The notes beneath the pieces are model-generated. The model was not told where the DNA came from. It ran no database searches and was given only the letters and a program-made list of their open reading frames with translations. A stretch of 64,000 nucleotides of DNA. Origin: Mobula hypostoma. Taxonomy: Eukaryota. Below are positions 63,111-64,000 of this stretch, one piece after another; position 1 is the first letter of the stretch, and every line of letters begins with the position of its first letter. Where the stretch lies: NCBI RefSeq assembly GCF_963921235.1, contig NC_086108.1, positions 6,510,001 to 6,574,000 on the forward strand. Direction: 5' to 3'. The translations under genes were made by a program, and so were the position numbers.

Positions 63111-64000
63111 GACACCAGGAATGATTAAATACCACATGCGAACAGTTCAGGCTCTTCGGCCCACAATGTCGTGCTAACCTATATAAATACTTCACGATAA
63201 ACCCGACCCTTCTCTCGTACACAGCCCATCGTCCTGCATGTTTCCTACATCCATCTGCCTATCTAAGTCTCTCTTAAATGTCCCTAATTTTATTTAGATT
63301 ATTTATCTTTTAATTAAATATTTACTTAGAGATGCAGCGCAGAACTGGCCTTTCCAGCCCACACTGCCCAGCAACCCACTGATTTAACCCTCGCCTAATC
63401 ACAGGGCAATTTACAATACTCAATCAACCTACTAACCAATACATCTTTAGACTATGGGAGGAAGCCAGAGCACCTGGAGGAAACCTATGCACGCACACGT
63501 TAAGAGCTTACAAACCTTCTTACAGAGGACGCCAGAGCTGAACTCACAACTCCACCCACAGCTGTAGTAGTGTTGAGCTAACCACCATGCTACTCTGCTG
63601 CCCTGTGTGTCAACCTCTAACACGACTTCCAGCAGCGTACTCCAGGCACCCGGTCGTGCTCTGTGTTTCAACTATCTCTGACATCTCCCCCGAAGTTTCC
63701 CCCACCCAGCTTAAACAGATGTCCTCTGCTATGGGGCATTGTTGCCCTGGGAATCGTGATACACTCTCTTCTGCCTCTAATAATCTGTAACAGCTCTGCT
63801 CCCACCCTCCGTCGCTCCAAAGGAAAAGCCCCAGCTCGCACAACCTACCCGCGTAAGACATGCTCGCTAATCCAGGCAGCGTTCTGGTGAATCTCCTTTG
63901 ATTGAAGTCAGCTGCAGAAAGTTGTGAACTCAGTCAGCTCAGTCACGGGCACTCGCCTCCGTAGTATCCATGACATCTTCAAAGAGCGATGCCTCAGAAA

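Noticed and set aside
60481..64000. Final calpain coding exon
   Set aside because: No acceptor followed by a W-L-x-x-T-M-like terminus was found; it is presumed to lie beyond the window.

Overview
Eukaryotic, repeat-dense vertebrate DNA. The V-SINE/HE1-type SINEs and abundant CR1, Rex-Babar and Penelope-derived repeats suggest a cartilaginous fish (inference). The window lies inside one + strand classical calpain gene. Eleven phase-compatible coding exons (3446-60480, 1117 nt) run from the end of the protease core through the C2-like/CBSW domain into the penta-EF-hand domain; the 5' exons and last exon lie outside the window. The calpain is divergent: it lacks the usual micro-exon, has a degenerate EF2 loop, keeps a U12-type intron and has a candidate GC donor. 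The introns hold nested transposons: CR1, Rex-Babar, Vingi, a near full-length Nimb/I-clade LINE with RNase H and TSD, Penelope-like remnants, Chapaev3, an IR/DR Tc1 and several SINEs. Four large tandem arrays are present, two visibly derived from LINE 3' ends. The most notable leads are an intact minimal hammerhead ribozyme in sense orientation inside a calpain intron, overlapped by a long inverted repeat, and a candidate small antisense gene nested in the intron between the last two visible exons. TE family names come from recalled motifs, not a database search, and most TE boundaries are approximate.
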